Positions 21,126 through 30,988 of a DNA stretch of 60,900 nucleotides are shown here, one piece after another (the stretch's first letter is position 1; every line of letters begins with the position of its first letter). The stretch covers positions 1-60,900 of the forward strand of contig CAZPKK010000003.1 of the NCBI GenBank assembly GCA_964587175.1. The letters are read 5' to 3'. A program made the position numbers and the translations under genes. Source of the stretch: an uncultured Clostridium sp. (GTDB lineage: Bacteria > Bacillota > Clostridia > TANB77 > CAG-508). The notes beneath the pieces are model-generated. The model had not been told where the DNA came from. It ran no database searches and was given only the letters and a program-made list of their open reading frames with translations.

Positions 21126-21917
21126 ATGAAGAATTTAAAATTATTTTTTAAAAACATTAAAAGTTATTATAAATATGCAGTTAGATCCGCGAAAGCAGAG
21201 TTAAAAAGTGAAGTGGCAGATTCTTATTTAAATTGGTTATGGTGGGTAATCGAACCATTATGTTTTATGCTTATTTATGTTTTTGTATTTGGCTATGTAT
21301 TTAAAGCTAGTGAAGAGTACTTTGCAACATTTATATTTGTTGGTTTAACTGCTTGGGAATTTTTTAACAGAATGCTTAAAGGAAGTGTAAAGTTAATATT
21401 ACAAAATAGAGATTTAGTAACAAAAGTTTATATTCCAAAGTATATATTATTGTTATCAAAATCATTTACATATTTATTTAAAATGCTAATTTCATTTGGA
21501 ATTGCATTTGTTGTAATGATTGTAACTGGCGTACCACTTACTTTAAATATCTTGTATATGATTCCGATTGTAATTATATTATATATTTTATCGTTTGGTA
21601 TGGGAATGATAATAATGCACTTTGGTGTATTTTTAGATGATTTAGCTAATTTAATTAATATATTTCTTAGAATGCTTGTTTACTTTTCAGGAGTATTTTA
21701 TAATATTTCAACAAGGCTTAGTGGAAAATTAGCTTATTTTCTACTCAGGGGAAACCCTATAGCATTCATAATGAATGAACTAAGAAAAACTATGATATAT
21801 GGTATGCATCCAAGTTTTGAGGGATTGGCATTTTGGCTTGTGATTGGATGTATATTATGTGTAATAGGTATAAATATAATTCATAAAAATGAAAATAGTT
21901 ATGCAAAGGTGATTTAA
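21126..21917 (+). CDS. ABC-2 type polysaccharide/teichoic-acid export permease (TagG/RgpC-like)
   Basis: A multi-TM protein of ~263 aa, adjacent to a cognate ATPase in the rhamnose locus. Confidence 0.8.
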   Translation: MKNLKLFFKNIKSYYKYAVRSAKAELKSEVADSYLNWLWWVIEPLCFMLIYVFVFGYVFKASEEYFATFIFVGLTAWEFFNRMLKGSVKLILQNRDLVTKVYIPKYILLLSKSFTYLFKMLISFGIAFVVMIVTGVPLTLNILYMIPIVIILYILSFGMGMIIMHFGVFLDDLANLINIFLRMLVYFSGVFYNISTRLSGKLAYFLLRGNPIAFIMNELRKTMIYGMHPSFEGLAFWLVIGCILCVIGINIIHKNENSYAKVI

Positions 21918-22648
21918 TGAAAAATATAGCAATAACAGTAAAAAATTTACATATTACATATAGAGGCTTAAAAAAGACATCTATTAGAGCTTCTTGGAAG
22001 TATATGTTTAATAAAGTGGAAAAATTCAAAGCATTAAAAGGAGTAAGTTTTAATGTAGAAGAAGGGAAAATAATTGGTATTATAGGCAAAAATGGTAGTG
22101 GAAAATCAACTATGCTAAAAGCAATTGCAGGAATATTTTCACCTGATAAAGGAAGTATTGATTTACATGGACATACCATATCACTTTTATCTATTGGTGT
22201 TGGTTTTAACAAAAAATTGACAGGAAAAGAAAACATTTATTTATCAGGTTTATTATTAGGTTTTACAGAAGAAGAAATAAAGAAAAAAGAAAAAGAAATA
22301 ATTAAATTTGCTGACATTGGAGAGTTCATTCATAAACCTGTTAAGACCTATTCATCTGGCATGTATTCTAAACTTGCTTTTGCAATTACTGCTATACTTG
22401 AAACAGATATTATATTGATTGATGAAGTTTTATCAGTAGGAGATGCAAAATTTAGAGAGAAAAGTTACAATAAAATGAAAGAACTAATTAGTGACGAGAA
22501 AAGAACTGTACTTATAGTTTCACATAGTATAGGTACAATAAGAGAACTTTGCAATGAAGTTATTTGGTTACATGATGGAAAAATCAAAATGCAAGGAACT
22601 CCAGAAGAAGTGCTAGAGAAATATGAAAAATTCATGGTGAAGGAATGA
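21917..22648 (+). CDS. ABC exporter ATP-binding protein (TagH/RgpD-like)
   Basis: Walker A (GKNGSGKST), the signature YSSGMYSKLAFA, and Walker B (ILIDE) are present. Confidence 0.88.
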   Translation: MKNIAITVKNLHITYRGLKKTSIRASWKYMFNKVEKFKALKGVSFNVEEGKIIGIIGKNGSGKSTMLKAIAGIFSPDKGSIDLHGHTISLLSIGVGFNKKLTGKENIYLSGLLLGFTEEEIKKKEKEIIKFADIGEFIHKPVKTYSSGMYSKLAFAITAILETDIILIDEVLSVGDAKFREKSYNKMKELISDEKRTVLIVSHSIGTIRELCNEVIWLHDGKIKMQGTPEEVLEKYEKFMVKE

Positions 22649-22656
22649 GAAAAAAT

Positions 22657-23448
22657 ATGAAAATACTTGCAGTTGGAGATATAGTAGGAGAGGTTGGATT
22701 AGAGTATTTAAAAAATTTGTTGCCTAAAATAATAGAAAAAGAAAATATAGATTTTGTTATAGTAAATGCAGAAAATACTTCAAGTGGGATGGGATTAACA
22801 ATAAAGGATTTTAATACATTATTAAAAATGCCAATAGATATAATGACTATGGGAAATCATACATGGGGAAAAAAAGATATTTTTGCCTTTATAGATAATC
22901 CTAAACTTATAAGACCTGCAAATTATTCAAAAGGTGTACCTGGAAAGGGGTATCAAATTTGCAACTGTAAAAATAAGAAGTTAGCAGTGATAAATTTGAT
23001 TGGAAGAACTGACATGAATGTTTTATCTGAAAATCCATTTATTGTTGTAGAAAAGTTAATAAATGATTTAAAACAAGAGTCAGATGCTATTATTGTAGAT
23101 TTTCATGCAGAAGCAACTGCAGAAAAAATAGCTATGAAATATTTTTTAGATGGTAAAGTGAACATTATTTTTGGTACGCATACACATGTGCAAACAGCTG
23201 ATGAAGAAATAACAGAAAAAGGAACAGCTTACATAACAGATTTGGGTATGACAGGACCTAAAGAATCTGTTATAGGTATGGATATATCAGCCTCAATAAA
23301 AAGATTTGTTACATCACTTCCCGAAAGATATAAATTAGCAGAAGGGAAGGCTGTTTTAAATGGATGTGTGTTTGAATTAGATGATGAAACTCTAAAAGCA
23401 AAAAATGTATATAGAATAAGATACAATTATATATCAGAGTGTAATTAA
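22657..23448 (+). CDS. ymdB: YmdB-family metallophosphoesterase (2',3'-cyclic-nucleotide phosphodiesterase)
   Basis: MKILAVGDIVGEVG...VNAENTSSGMGLT matches the YmdB/TIGR00282 pattern. Confidence 0.82.
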   Translation: MKILAVGDIVGEVGLEYLKNLLPKIIEKENIDFVIVNAENTSSGMGLTIKDFNTLLKMPIDIMTMGNHTWGKKDIFAFIDNPKLIRPANYSKGVPGKGYQICNCKNKKLAVINLIGRTDMNVLSENPFIVVEKLINDLKQESDAIIVDFHAEATAEKIAMKYFLDGKVNIIFGTHTHVQTADEEITEKGTAYITDLGMTGPKESVIGMDISASIKRFVTSLPERYKLAEGKAVLNGCVFELDDETLKAKNVYRIRYNYISECN

Positions 23449-23463
23449 TGTAGATATATAACT

Positions 23464-23499
23464 AAAAAAGGAAGAGATTTTAAAATCTGTTCCTTTTTT
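23464..23499 (+). terminator. Intrinsic terminator after ymdB
   Basis: Stem ggaagagatttt/aaaatctgttcc with a T-run. Confidence 0.6.
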
Positions 23500-23543
23500 A
23501 TTGTATAGGAAAAATCGAAGATTTTTGCTATATAACAAGGCCG

Positions 23544-23604
23544 AAGTTTCCTTAGACTGTGCGTATTTGCGAAGCAAAACGCTACAAAAGGAAAAGCCAC
23601 TTTT
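23544..23604 (+). repeat. Conserved intergenic element, copy B
   Basis: The sequence aagtttccttagactgtgcgtatttgcgaagcaaaacgctacaaaaggaaaagccactttt. Like copy A, it is preceded by a hairpin. Confidence 0.8.
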
Positions 23605-23787
23605 CTTATATCAATATTTCAAAAAAAGAAAGGAAATTTAATAAAAAAAGTGATAAACTATCAATAAATGTCAAAGAATGTCGAAAAGACACGACGAGTT
23701 TTCCTTTTTTTTCCAGAAAACCCCTAGACAATTTCCAGAAATTGTAATATAAATATGAGTGTTGATTAACAAATAAAAAAATATAGG

Positions 23788-23928
23788 AGGCAGACTTGAA
23801 AAATAATTACAATTTTGACGTTGTCAAACTTCTTTTAAAATTTAATCAACGTACCAAAAGTACGCTTCATAAATTTTATACTTGTTTTCTTAGTCAAAAT
23901 TTAATTTTTTTCAACTAGATTTGTGCCT
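23788..23928 (+). promoter_or_regulatory. Structured leader upstream of spoVS
   Basis: Nested long-range complementary arms are present: aggca/tgcct, ttgaaaaa/tttttcaa, and aattttgac/gtcaaaatt. An inner hairpin cgtac-caaaa-gtacg lies within them. The element ends 20 nt before the spoVS ATG. Confidence 0.4.
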
Positions 23929-23948
23929 TAGAAAGGAATGCGGTAAAA

Positions 23949-24212
23949 ATGGAAATTTTAAAAATCTCATCAAAATCAAATCCAAATTCAGTAGCAGGAG
24001 CTATTGCAGGTTTGGTAAAAGAATCTAACAGAGCAGAAATGCAAGCAATAGGAGCAGGAGCACTTAATCAAGCTGTAAAAGCTGTAGCAATAGCAAGAGG
24101 TTTTGTTGCACCAGCCGGAGTTGATTTAGTGTGCATACCTGCTTTTGCAGAAGTTGAAGTGGAAGGAGAAGATAGGACAGGAATTAAACTTATTGTAGAA
24201 TCAAGAAAGTAA
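23949..24212 (+). CDS. spoVS: Stage V sporulation protein S
   Basis: MEILKISSKSNPNSVAGAIAG...AIGAGALNQAVKAVAIARGF matches SpoVS essentially along its full length. Confidence 0.93.
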   Translation: MEILKISSKSNPNSVAGAIAGLVKESNRAEMQAIGAGALNQAVKAVAIARGFVAPAGVDLVCIPAFAEVEVEGEDRTGIKLIVESRK

Positions 24213-24244
24213 AATTATGAAATGAATAGAAATTAAATAAATTG

Positions 24245-24277
24245 GGGGCACTTCTTTTGATTGTGCCTCTTTTGTTT
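24245..24277 (+). terminator. Intrinsic terminator after spoVS
   Basis: Stem ggggcac/gtgcctc followed by ttttgttt. Confidence 0.6.
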
Positions 24278-24378
24278 CTATTTAAGATTAGTATTTACAA
24301 CAAAAAAATTAAAACTGGTTGAAAAAAAACAATTTATGTTATATATTTATATAGCAAGATATCTCTTAAGGAGGCTAT

Positions 24379-25965
24379 ATGAAATCAAATATTATAAAAT
24401 ATATTTTTATTGCTTTTGCAATTTTTATAATAGGATTTGCAATATATAAAATAAATTTTGAAGAAGCAGAGGAAGTTGCTGAAAATGATGTTTCTACAAC
24501 GCAAACTACTCAAGAGACAGAATCTGTATTAAGTATAGGAATCTCTGGGTTTGATAACATAAATCCACTAATTACAAATAATAAAGATATCATTAGTTTA
24601 TCTACTATTCTATATGAACCTTTGTTAGAAATTACAGATGACTATGGAATAGAATTGAAGCTTGCAGAAGAATGGTCAAAGTCAGATGCAACAACATATT
24701 TGATAAAACTAAAAGACAATTTAAAATGGGATAATGGAGGGGATGTAACAGGCCAGGATGTAAAATTCACGATAGAGAAGTTGCAAGAAGGAGATTCTGT
24801 GTATTCAGATAATGTAGAAAACATAGAATCTGTAGAAATAATAGATGGGAATACTATTAGATTTAATTTAAAAGAAGAAGAACCTTTTTTTGAATATAAT
24901 TTAATTTTTCCAATAATATCGAGTAGCCAGTTTGCAGACGAAGATTTTTACAATTCGAGAATTGCACCATATGCTACTGGAATGTATAAAGTAGAATCTG
25001 CAACAGAAGAAACAATGGAATTAGTACAAAATGACAATTGGGAAAATTCAGACAATATAGAAAGAAACATAGATAGAATTGTAATATATTTCTATGATAC
25101 AATGGGAGATGCGTTTAATAGTTTGAAAATAGGTAATATAGATATGGTATGCACATCTTTAACAAATGTTGAAGACTATATAGGAACGATTGGATATAAT
25201 ACAACAGAGTACAAAGGAAGAGAGCTTGATTTTATTAGTTTAAATTGTGATGATACCATATTATCCAATAAAGAAGTAAGACAAGCAATAAATTATGCTA
25301 TAGATAAAAATAAAATAAATTCAACTGTGTTTAGCAATAACTATTATATATCATCTTTCCCAATAGATTATGGAAGTTATTTATATGATAAAGAAAGTGA
25401 ATCTAGTTATGATACAGAAAAAGCAAAAGAGGTTTTAGAAGATGCTGGATGGGAATATAGATATGGATATTGGAGAAAAACAGAAAATTATACTACACAA
25501 TATTTAAACTTAAACTTAGTGGTGGATAATAGTAATGAAACTAGGGTTCAAGTAGCTGAACTAATTGAAGAACAATTAGAAGAAATAGGAATAAATGTAA
25601 CTGTATATAAAGTATCAAATTCGTCTTATAAAAATTATTTAGAAAACAAAAATTATGATATGATTATAACAGGCGTAAGCAATGGATATAGCCCGGATTT
25701 AACATATTTTTTAGGTGAAAATAATATAGCAAATTATCAAAACGAGGAAGTGACAAGTATATTAGAGGAGATAAAAAATATATCAGATAGTGAATTATTA
25801 AAAGAAAAATATGATAGAATAATTGAAATATATGAAGATGAAGTACCATATGTGTGTTTATATAGAAATACTAATAAAGTTGTGTATAATATAAGACTCA
25901 CTGGAGATATAACACCAAATAATTATACTGTGTATTATGGGATTGAGAATTGGTATAGGCAGTAG
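24379..25965 (+). CDS. ABC transporter substrate-binding protein, family 5 (peptide/nickel type), membrane-anchored
   Basis: It has an N-terminal TM segment. The block LAEEWSKSDATTYLIKLKDNLKWDNGGDVTGQDVKF is typical of SBP_bac_5. No cognate permease or ATPase gene is adjacent. Confidence 0.75.
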   Translation: MKSNIIKYIFIAFAIFIIGFAIYKINFEEAEEVAENDVSTTQTTQETESVLSIGISGFDNINPLITNNKDIISLSTILYEPLLEITDDYGIELKLAEEWSKSDATTYLIKLKDNLKWDNGGDVTGQDVKFTIEKLQEGDSVYSDNVENIESVEIIDGNTIRFNLKEEEPFFEYNLIFPIISSSQFADEDFYNSRIAPYATGMYKVESATEETMELVQNDNWENSDNIERNIDRIVIYFYDTMGDAFNSLKIGNIDMVCTSLTNVEDYIGTIGYNTTEYKGRELDFISLNCDDTILSNKEVRQAINYAIDKNKINSTVFSNNYYISSFPIDYGSYLYDKESESSYDTEKAKEVLEDAGWEYRYGYWRKTENYTTQYLNLNLVVDNSNETRVQVAELIEEQLEEIGINVTVYKVSNSSYKNYLENKNYDMIITGVSNGYSPDLTYFLGENNIANYQNEEVTSILEEIKNISDSELLKEKYDRIIEIYEDEVPYVCLYRNTNKVVYNIRLTGDITPNNYTVYYGIENWYRQ

Positions 25966-26122
25966 TGGTTTAAAGTCCGTCCCATTTTGATGTCACATAT
26001 ATTTTGTACTCTCCAAGTTTTCGAGTAAAAAATATATACCACGTGAGACTACCTATATATAAATATGTGACACGTGGGATTAATAAGAAGAATAAAACGC
26101 AAAATAAAATTTAAAAAAGCTC

Positions 26123-26166
26123 TTGACAAATTTTTTAAATAGTATATAATACAAACAGTTGTTTTA
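26123..26166 (+). promoter_or_regulatory. recA promoter with a degenerate LexA (Cheo-like) box
   Basis: TTGACA is at 26123-26128 and TATAAT at 26145-26150. They are followed by the palindromic-arm sequence AAACAGTTGTTT (GAAC-N4-GTTC-like) at 26153-26164. Confidence 0.5.
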
Positions 26167-26238
26167 CAAAAGCGAAAAATTAAGGAACGAAAGAATGCTA
26201 GTGAAAAGTAATCTATGAAATTTAAGGAGGAAAAATAA

Positions 26239-27297
26239 ATGGGAAATCAAAGTGCAGAAAAGATGAGAGCATTAGAAGCAGCATTAGGTCAAATTGAAAA
26301 ACAGTTTGGAAAAGGATCAGTAATGAAATTGGGAGATTTTGGAGCAATGGAGGTTGAGGCAATACCAACAGGTGCTTTAAGTTTGGATATAGCTTTAGGA
26401 ATAGGTGGAATTCCTAGAGGAAGAATAGTAGAAATATATGGACCAGAGTCATCTGGAAAGACAACTCTTGCATTACATATGATAGCAGAGGCGCAAAAAC
26501 TTGGTGGAGAAGCAGCTTTTGTTGATGCGGAGCATGCATTAGATCCAGTATATTCAAAACATTTAGGAGTAGATATAGATAATTTAATTGTTTCTCAACC
26601 AGATACTGGTGAACAAGCTTTAGAAATAACGGAGGCTTTAGTGAGAAGCGGAGCAATAGATATAATAGTTATAGATTCGGTTGCAGCATTGGTTCCAAAA
26701 GCAGAGATAGATGGTGATATGGGAGATGCTCATGTTGGCTTACAAGCAAGACTTATGTCACAAGCTTTAAGAAAATTAGCAGGAGTAATTAATAAATCAA
26801 ATGCAGTGGTTGTATTTATAAACCAATTAAGAGAGAAAGTTGGAATTATGTTTGGGAATCCAGAAACAACTGCTGGAGGAAGAGCTTTAAAATATTATGC
26901 TTCTGTAAGATTAGATATAAGAAAAATAGAAAATATCAAACAAGATGGAGAAGTGATAGGAAATAGAGCAAGAGTAAAGGTAGTTAAAAATAAAGTAGCA
27001 CCACCATTTAGAGAAGCTGAATTTGATATTATTTATGGTAAAGGCATTTCAAAAGAAGGTAATATCTTAGATATAGCAGTAAACTTAGATATAATAGAAA
27101 AATCAGGTTCTTGGTTTAGTTATAATGGGGAAAGAATTGGTCAAGGAAGAGAAAATGTAAAGAAATACTTAAAAGAAAATCCAAAAGTAGCAGAAGAAGT
27201 TGAGAAAAAGATTAGAGACAATTTTAACACAGCATTTGAGAAAAGCTTAGGCGATGAAGAAATCGATGAAGAACAAGAAACTGAGCCAGAAGAGTAA
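26239..27297 (+). CDS. recA: Recombinase RecA
   Basis: Walker A (GPESSGKTT) and full-length RecA similarity. Confidence 0.98.
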   Translation: MGNQSAEKMRALEAALGQIEKQFGKGSVMKLGDFGAMEVEAIPTGALSLDIALGIGGIPRGRIVEIYGPESSGKTTLALHMIAEAQKLGGEAAFVDAEHALDPVYSKHLGVDIDNLIVSQPDTGEQALEITEALVRSGAIDIIVIDSVAALVPKAEIDGDMGDAHVGLQARLMSQALRKLAGVINKSNAVVVFINQLREKVGIMFGNPETTAGGRALKYYASVRLDIRKIENIKQDGEVIGNRARVKVVKNKVAPPFREAEFDIIYGKGISKEGNILDIAVNLDIIEKSGSWFSYNGERIGQGRENVKKYLKENPKVAEEVEKKIRDNFNTAFEKSLGDEEIDEEQETEPEE

Positions 27298-27329
27298 AGA
27301 AATTTAAAGATATTTATTTTTGCGTTATT

Positions 27330-27389
27330 ACATAAGTTTTAAATTCATTTAATTTAAAAAAATATATATCGTGAATTTAAAACTTATGT
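27330..27389 (+). terminator. 18-bp perfect inverted repeat after recA
   Basis: The arms are acataagttttaaattca ... tgaatttaaaacttatgt, followed by gtttagttt. Confidence 0.5.
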
Positions 27390-27425
27390 GTTTAGTTTAA
27401 AATAAATCTAAAAGGAGTAACCTTA

Positions 27426-27884
27426 ATGGTGGAAATTGAAGAGTTAGAAAAATTAGATAAATTAAAAACAAAAGTATTAAAATATATAATGTATAAAAAA
27501 AGAACAGAAAATGAAGTCAGAAGAAGATTTTTAGAAAATGACGAAGATTTACTAGAAGAAGTTATAAATGACTTAAAAGAAAATGGATATATTGATGACG
27601 AAAGCTATGTTGAAAGAGCTATATCTGAATTTATGAATTTAAATAATTTATCTATAAAAGAACTAAAATATAAATTACAAGCAAAAGGTGTAAATTCAAA
27701 AGTTCTTGAAAACTATTTTTATGAACATGAGGAAGAATTAGAAGAATTTGAAATAAATTCAGCTAAAAATCTCATATTAAAAAAACAGAATAGTATGGAA
27801 GAACAAGCCTTAATACAATATCTATTAAAAAAAGGGTATAAAATGGATACAATAAAAGAAGCTATAAAAGTTATTGATGAATAA
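27426..27884 (+). CDS. recX: Regulatory protein RecX
   Basis: The gene lies directly after recA. The protein is ~150 aa, helical-repeat and acidic/basic, consistent with RecX. Confidence 0.8.
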   Translation: MVEIEELEKLDKLKTKVLKYIMYKKRTENEVRRRFLENDEDLLEEVINDLKENGYIDDESYVERAISEFMNLNNLSIKELKYKLQAKGVNSKVLENYFYEHEEELEEFEINSAKNLILKKQNSMEEQALIQYLLKKGYKMDTIKEAIKVIDE

Positions 27885-27917
27885 TAAATATATCTTATTA
27901 GAATGGAAGGAAGAAAA

Positions 27918-28676
27918 ATGCAAAATATATTAACACTAGAAACTAATAAATATAAGCTAAAATTAGAGAACTTTGAAGGTCCTCTTGATCTATTATGCCA
28001 TTTGATAGATAAAAACAAAATGGATATTTATGATATTAATTTGAGTGAAATAACTGACCAATATGTAGAATATATAAATGAAATGGAAAAAATGAATTTA
28101 GAAATAACAAGTGAATTTTTAGTTATGGCATCAACACTTCTTTATCTAAAGTCTAAAAATCTATTACCAAATCAGATAGAAGATGAAAAAGAACTTACTG
28201 AAGAAGAGTTAATACAAAGAATAATAGAATATAAAAAATACAAAGAAATAACAAAAAAAATGCGCGAAATGTATGAAAGTATGAATAATGTAATCTTTAA
28301 GTTGCCTGAAATAATAGAACTTCCAAAGCAAAAACTAGATAGGGATTATAAAAAAGAATTAATATCAGATACATATGCTGAAATAGTAGAAAAAAATGCA
28401 AATAGACTAAATCAAAATGCTAAAAACATAGAGAAAATTGCAATTACAGAAACATATACTGTAGGCGAAAAGGTTAAAACTATGTTTAAAGCATTATTAC
28501 ACCAGAAACAATTTGTGTTTAACAAATTGTTTCCAAAGCAAAAATGTTCTAAGCCAGAGATAGTGACTGCTTTTACAGGACTATTAGAGCTTTCAAGAAG
28601 AAACAAAGTATTGACTTCACAAAAAGAATTATTTGGAGATATAACAGTAGAGAAAAATCAAAAAAAGATTAGTTAG
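27918..28676 (+). CDS. scpA: Segregation and condensation protein A
   Basis: FEGPLDLLCHLIDKNKMDIYDINLSEITDQY is the ScpA N-terminal signature. The SD is GGAAGGAAG. No scpB follows. Confidence 0.88.
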   Translation: MQNILTLETNKYKLKLENFEGPLDLLCHLIDKNKMDIYDINLSEITDQYVEYINEMEKMNLEITSEFLVMASTLLYLKSKNLLPNQIEDEKELTEEELIQRIIEYKKYKEITKKMREMYESMNNVIFKLPEIIELPKQKLDRDYKKELISDTYAEIVEKNANRLNQNAKNIEKIAITETYTVGEKVKTMFKALLHQKQFVFNKLFPKQKCSKPEIVTAFTGLLELSRRNKVLTSQKELFGDITVEKNQKKIS

Positions 28677-28777
28677 ATTTTTCAATTTTATTTACTGGGG
28701 GAAATTGAATATTTTAAGTTTATGTTTAAAAAAGAAAAAAATGGTAAAACTAATATCAAATAGCTTTCTAAGAGGAA

Positions 28778-29395
28778 GTGATTATAATGATATTAGTTTT
28801 ATTTTTATTTGGAATAATAATTTTTATTATGTTAGTAATTATTTTCATGATTGTTTCTACAACAAGAATTATGATACGAGATTTTGAACTTGCAAGTAAA
28901 AAGCGTATAGAGCCCAAATATGAAGTTAAAATTTCACTTTATTTCTTAAACAAAATAAAATGGATGTCTTTTAGATTAAATAACAAAAAAATGAGAAGCA
29001 TGTATACAAAAATGCATTTGGAAAAAATAGATATAAAAAAGATAGAAAAAAACGTAACTTCTTCAGATATAAAAGAAATTATTAGAATGAGGCCTAAATT
29101 ATCACATTTGAACTTATTTATAAAAATAGGTGTTGATGATGTGATAATAAATTCCTATATAATTCCATTAATTTGTGCCATATTTTCGATAATATTGCCA
29201 AATATTATCGATAGAAAAAATATAAGATATAAAATAGACCCAGTATATAATGATACTATGTATCATATAAAGCTAGATACTACTATAGAAATAAAGATAA
29301 TAAACATGTTGAATAGTATAATTAGAATATATAAATCTAAGAAAAAGGATACACAAAACTTAAAGACAAGTGACGTGTTGCCGACTCAGTCCTAG
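28778..29395 (+). CDS. Membrane protein, YtfI/DUF2953-like
   Basis: It has an N-terminal TM segment and lies upstream of a ytfJ homolog, as in the Bacillus ytfIJ operon. The start is uncertain (GTG 28778 or ATG 28787). Confidence 0.5.
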   Translation: MIIMILVLFLFGIIIFIMLVIIFMIVSTTRIMIRDFELASKKRIEPKYEVKISLYFLNKIKWMSFRLNNKKMRSMYTKMHLEKIDIKKIEKNVTSSDIKEIIRMRPKLSHLNLFIKIGVDDVIINSYIIPLICAIFSIILPNIIDRKNIRYKIDPVYNDTMYHIKLDTTIEIKIINMLNSIIRIYKSKKKDTQNLKTSDVLPTQS

Positions 29396-29481
29396 TTATA
29401 AATTTAGTAAAAAATGTATAAATTAAAGAAATTTAGTACATATTATCAATATAAAAATATAAGGTAAGGAGAGTTGATAAA

Positions 29482-30105
29482 ATGAGTGAACATCCTATAG
29501 AAGGGCTTATGCTCACAGCTATGAATAGCATACAAGATATGGTAGATGTAAATACCATTATAGGGGAACCAATTGAGACTAGTAATAATATGGTAATAAT
29601 ACCAATATCTAAAGTTGGATTTGGTTTTGCAGCAGGTGGAAGTGAGTTTAAAGGGGAAACACTAGATGAGTACACAAAAAAAGACAAGGAAGAAGCCATA
29701 CAATATAGACTACCATTCGGAGGGGGAGCAGGTGCAGGAGTAAGTATATCACCAGTGGCATTTTTAGTTGTGAGTACAAACAATGTTAAGTTACTTCCAA
29801 TAAATCATTCATCCGCAATAGATAAGCTAATGGACTATGTACCAGATTTAATGGAAAAGGTAAATGGATATTTAAATAAGTCAATGCAAAACAAAAAAGA
29901 AGAAAAAAAAGAAGAGGCCAAAAGACTTGATAGAGAACATAAGGAAGCAAAAGAGAGTATAGACAATCTTACAGAAACAATACAAAATGCAAACAGAATA
30001 CGACCAAGAAGAAACAGGATGGGACATCTTCAAAGTTCTCCACAAGTAGATTATGAGTATGAATATGATGAAATTGAAGATAATAATAATTTGGAGGAAG
30101 AGTAA
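29482..30105 (+). CDS. ytfJ: Sporulation protein YtfJ/GerW family with a charged C-terminal extension
   Basis: IIPISKVGFGFAAGGSEF ... GGGAGAGVSISPVAFLVV is the GerW/YtfJ signature. Confidence 0.8.
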   Translation: MSEHPIEGLMLTAMNSIQDMVDVNTIIGEPIETSNNMVIIPISKVGFGFAAGGSEFKGETLDEYTKKDKEEAIQYRLPFGGGAGAGVSISPVAFLVVSTNNVKLLPINHSSAIDKLMDYVPDLMEKVNGYLNKSMQNKKEEKKEEAKRLDREHKEAKESIDNLTETIQNANRIRPRRNRMGHLQSSPQVDYEYEYDEIEDNNNLEEE

Positions 30106-30261
30106 TAGTTCTAATATTGTTGTTAATGTAGATGGTGGCAGATTAAAAACTGTCACCATTGGTAAGTGATATAACTCCAATCTTAGATAAATATATCCTA
30201 CCATTATATTTAATAAGGATAATAAAATTTTATGATGATGAGAAAAAATTATAAAAAAGTA

Positions 30262-30290
30262 TTGACAAAGGAACTAAAAAAGATTATAAT
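30262..30290 (+). promoter_or_regulatory. Consensus sigma-A promoter for tRNA-Gly 1
   Basis: TTGACA, a 17-nt spacer, then TATAAT. Confidence 0.65.
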
Positions 30291-30313
30291 ACTAATTGTT
30301 CCGCAAAACAAAT

Positions 30314-30387
<74 letters not shown>

Positions 30388-30394
30388 AACTAAT

Positions 30395-30425
30395 AACCTC
30401 AGCAAAATGGCTGAGGTTTATTTTT
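30395..30425 (+). terminator. Intrinsic terminator after tRNA-Gly 1
   Basis: Stem aacctcagc/gctgaggtt followed by a T-run. Confidence 0.7.
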
Positions 30426-30587
30426 GAGCTCTTTGTCAATAGTTGGAGTCTTCCCTACCCCAACTAATACTATAGAACCTGAAATATTAATGATTCGGGT
30501 TCAGTTTATATAAAGATATTATAGTGAGATTTATGTAGAAAAATAAAATCAATGAAAATGATAGTCAGTAAAATTTGATGATATGAG

Positions 30588-30616
30588 TGGACAAAACATT
30601 TGCAAAATGTTATACT
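30588..30616 (+). promoter_or_regulatory. Promoter for tRNA-Gly 2
   Basis: TGGACA, a 17-nt spacer, then TATACT. Confidence 0.5.
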
Positions 30617-30627
30617 AAAACATAGAT

Positions 30628-30702
<75 letters not shown>

Positions 30703-30844
30703 AGAATTTATATTTTTAAAAGTTTTTAAAAATTCTTAAAAGTATTTTAAGTTGTGAAAACATTGAAAAATCAAGGCTTTTAGATAGCAAAAACATTTTT
30801 AAACTTTTTAAAAAATCTTAAAACTTCTTAAAATAATTAGAAAA

Positions 30845-30906
30845 TTACATTAAAATTACATTAAAAACTGAAAAATATTTACATTAAAAAAATATTTACA
30901 TTAAAA
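30845..30906 (+). repeat. Four direct copies of TTACATTAAAA (candidate integrase arm-type sites)
   Basis: Copies are at 30845, 30856, 30879 and 30896. The last two lie within a repeated 17-mer, ATATTTACATTAAAAAA. Confidence 0.5.
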
Positions 30907-30921
30907 AATTAAGTAAAACAT

Positions 30922-30954
30922 AAAAGCTAGTAGATTAAACAATACTAGCTTTTA
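30922..30954. terminator. Hairpin downstream of int
   Basis: Stem aaaagctagta/tactagctttt. Confidence 0.5.
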
Positions 30955-30988
30955 TACATTATTATAATATAAAAATGATAACTAATCA

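Noticed and set aside
23559-23747. A 62-aa ORF between ymdB and spoVS.
   Set aside because: It has a GTG start with no SD. It runs across the conserved intergenic repeat (copy B), and the corresponding copy A is not in an equivalent ORF.
24261-24449. A 62-aa ORF overlapping the spoVS terminator and the SBP gene start.
   Set aside because: It has a non-ATG start with no SD, spans a terminator, and has low-complexity Tyr/Phe-rich sequence.
28705-28887. A 60-aa ORF upstream of and overlapping the ytfI-like gene.
   Set aside because: It has no SD, overlaps the better-supported membrane protein ORF, and has low-complexity sequence.
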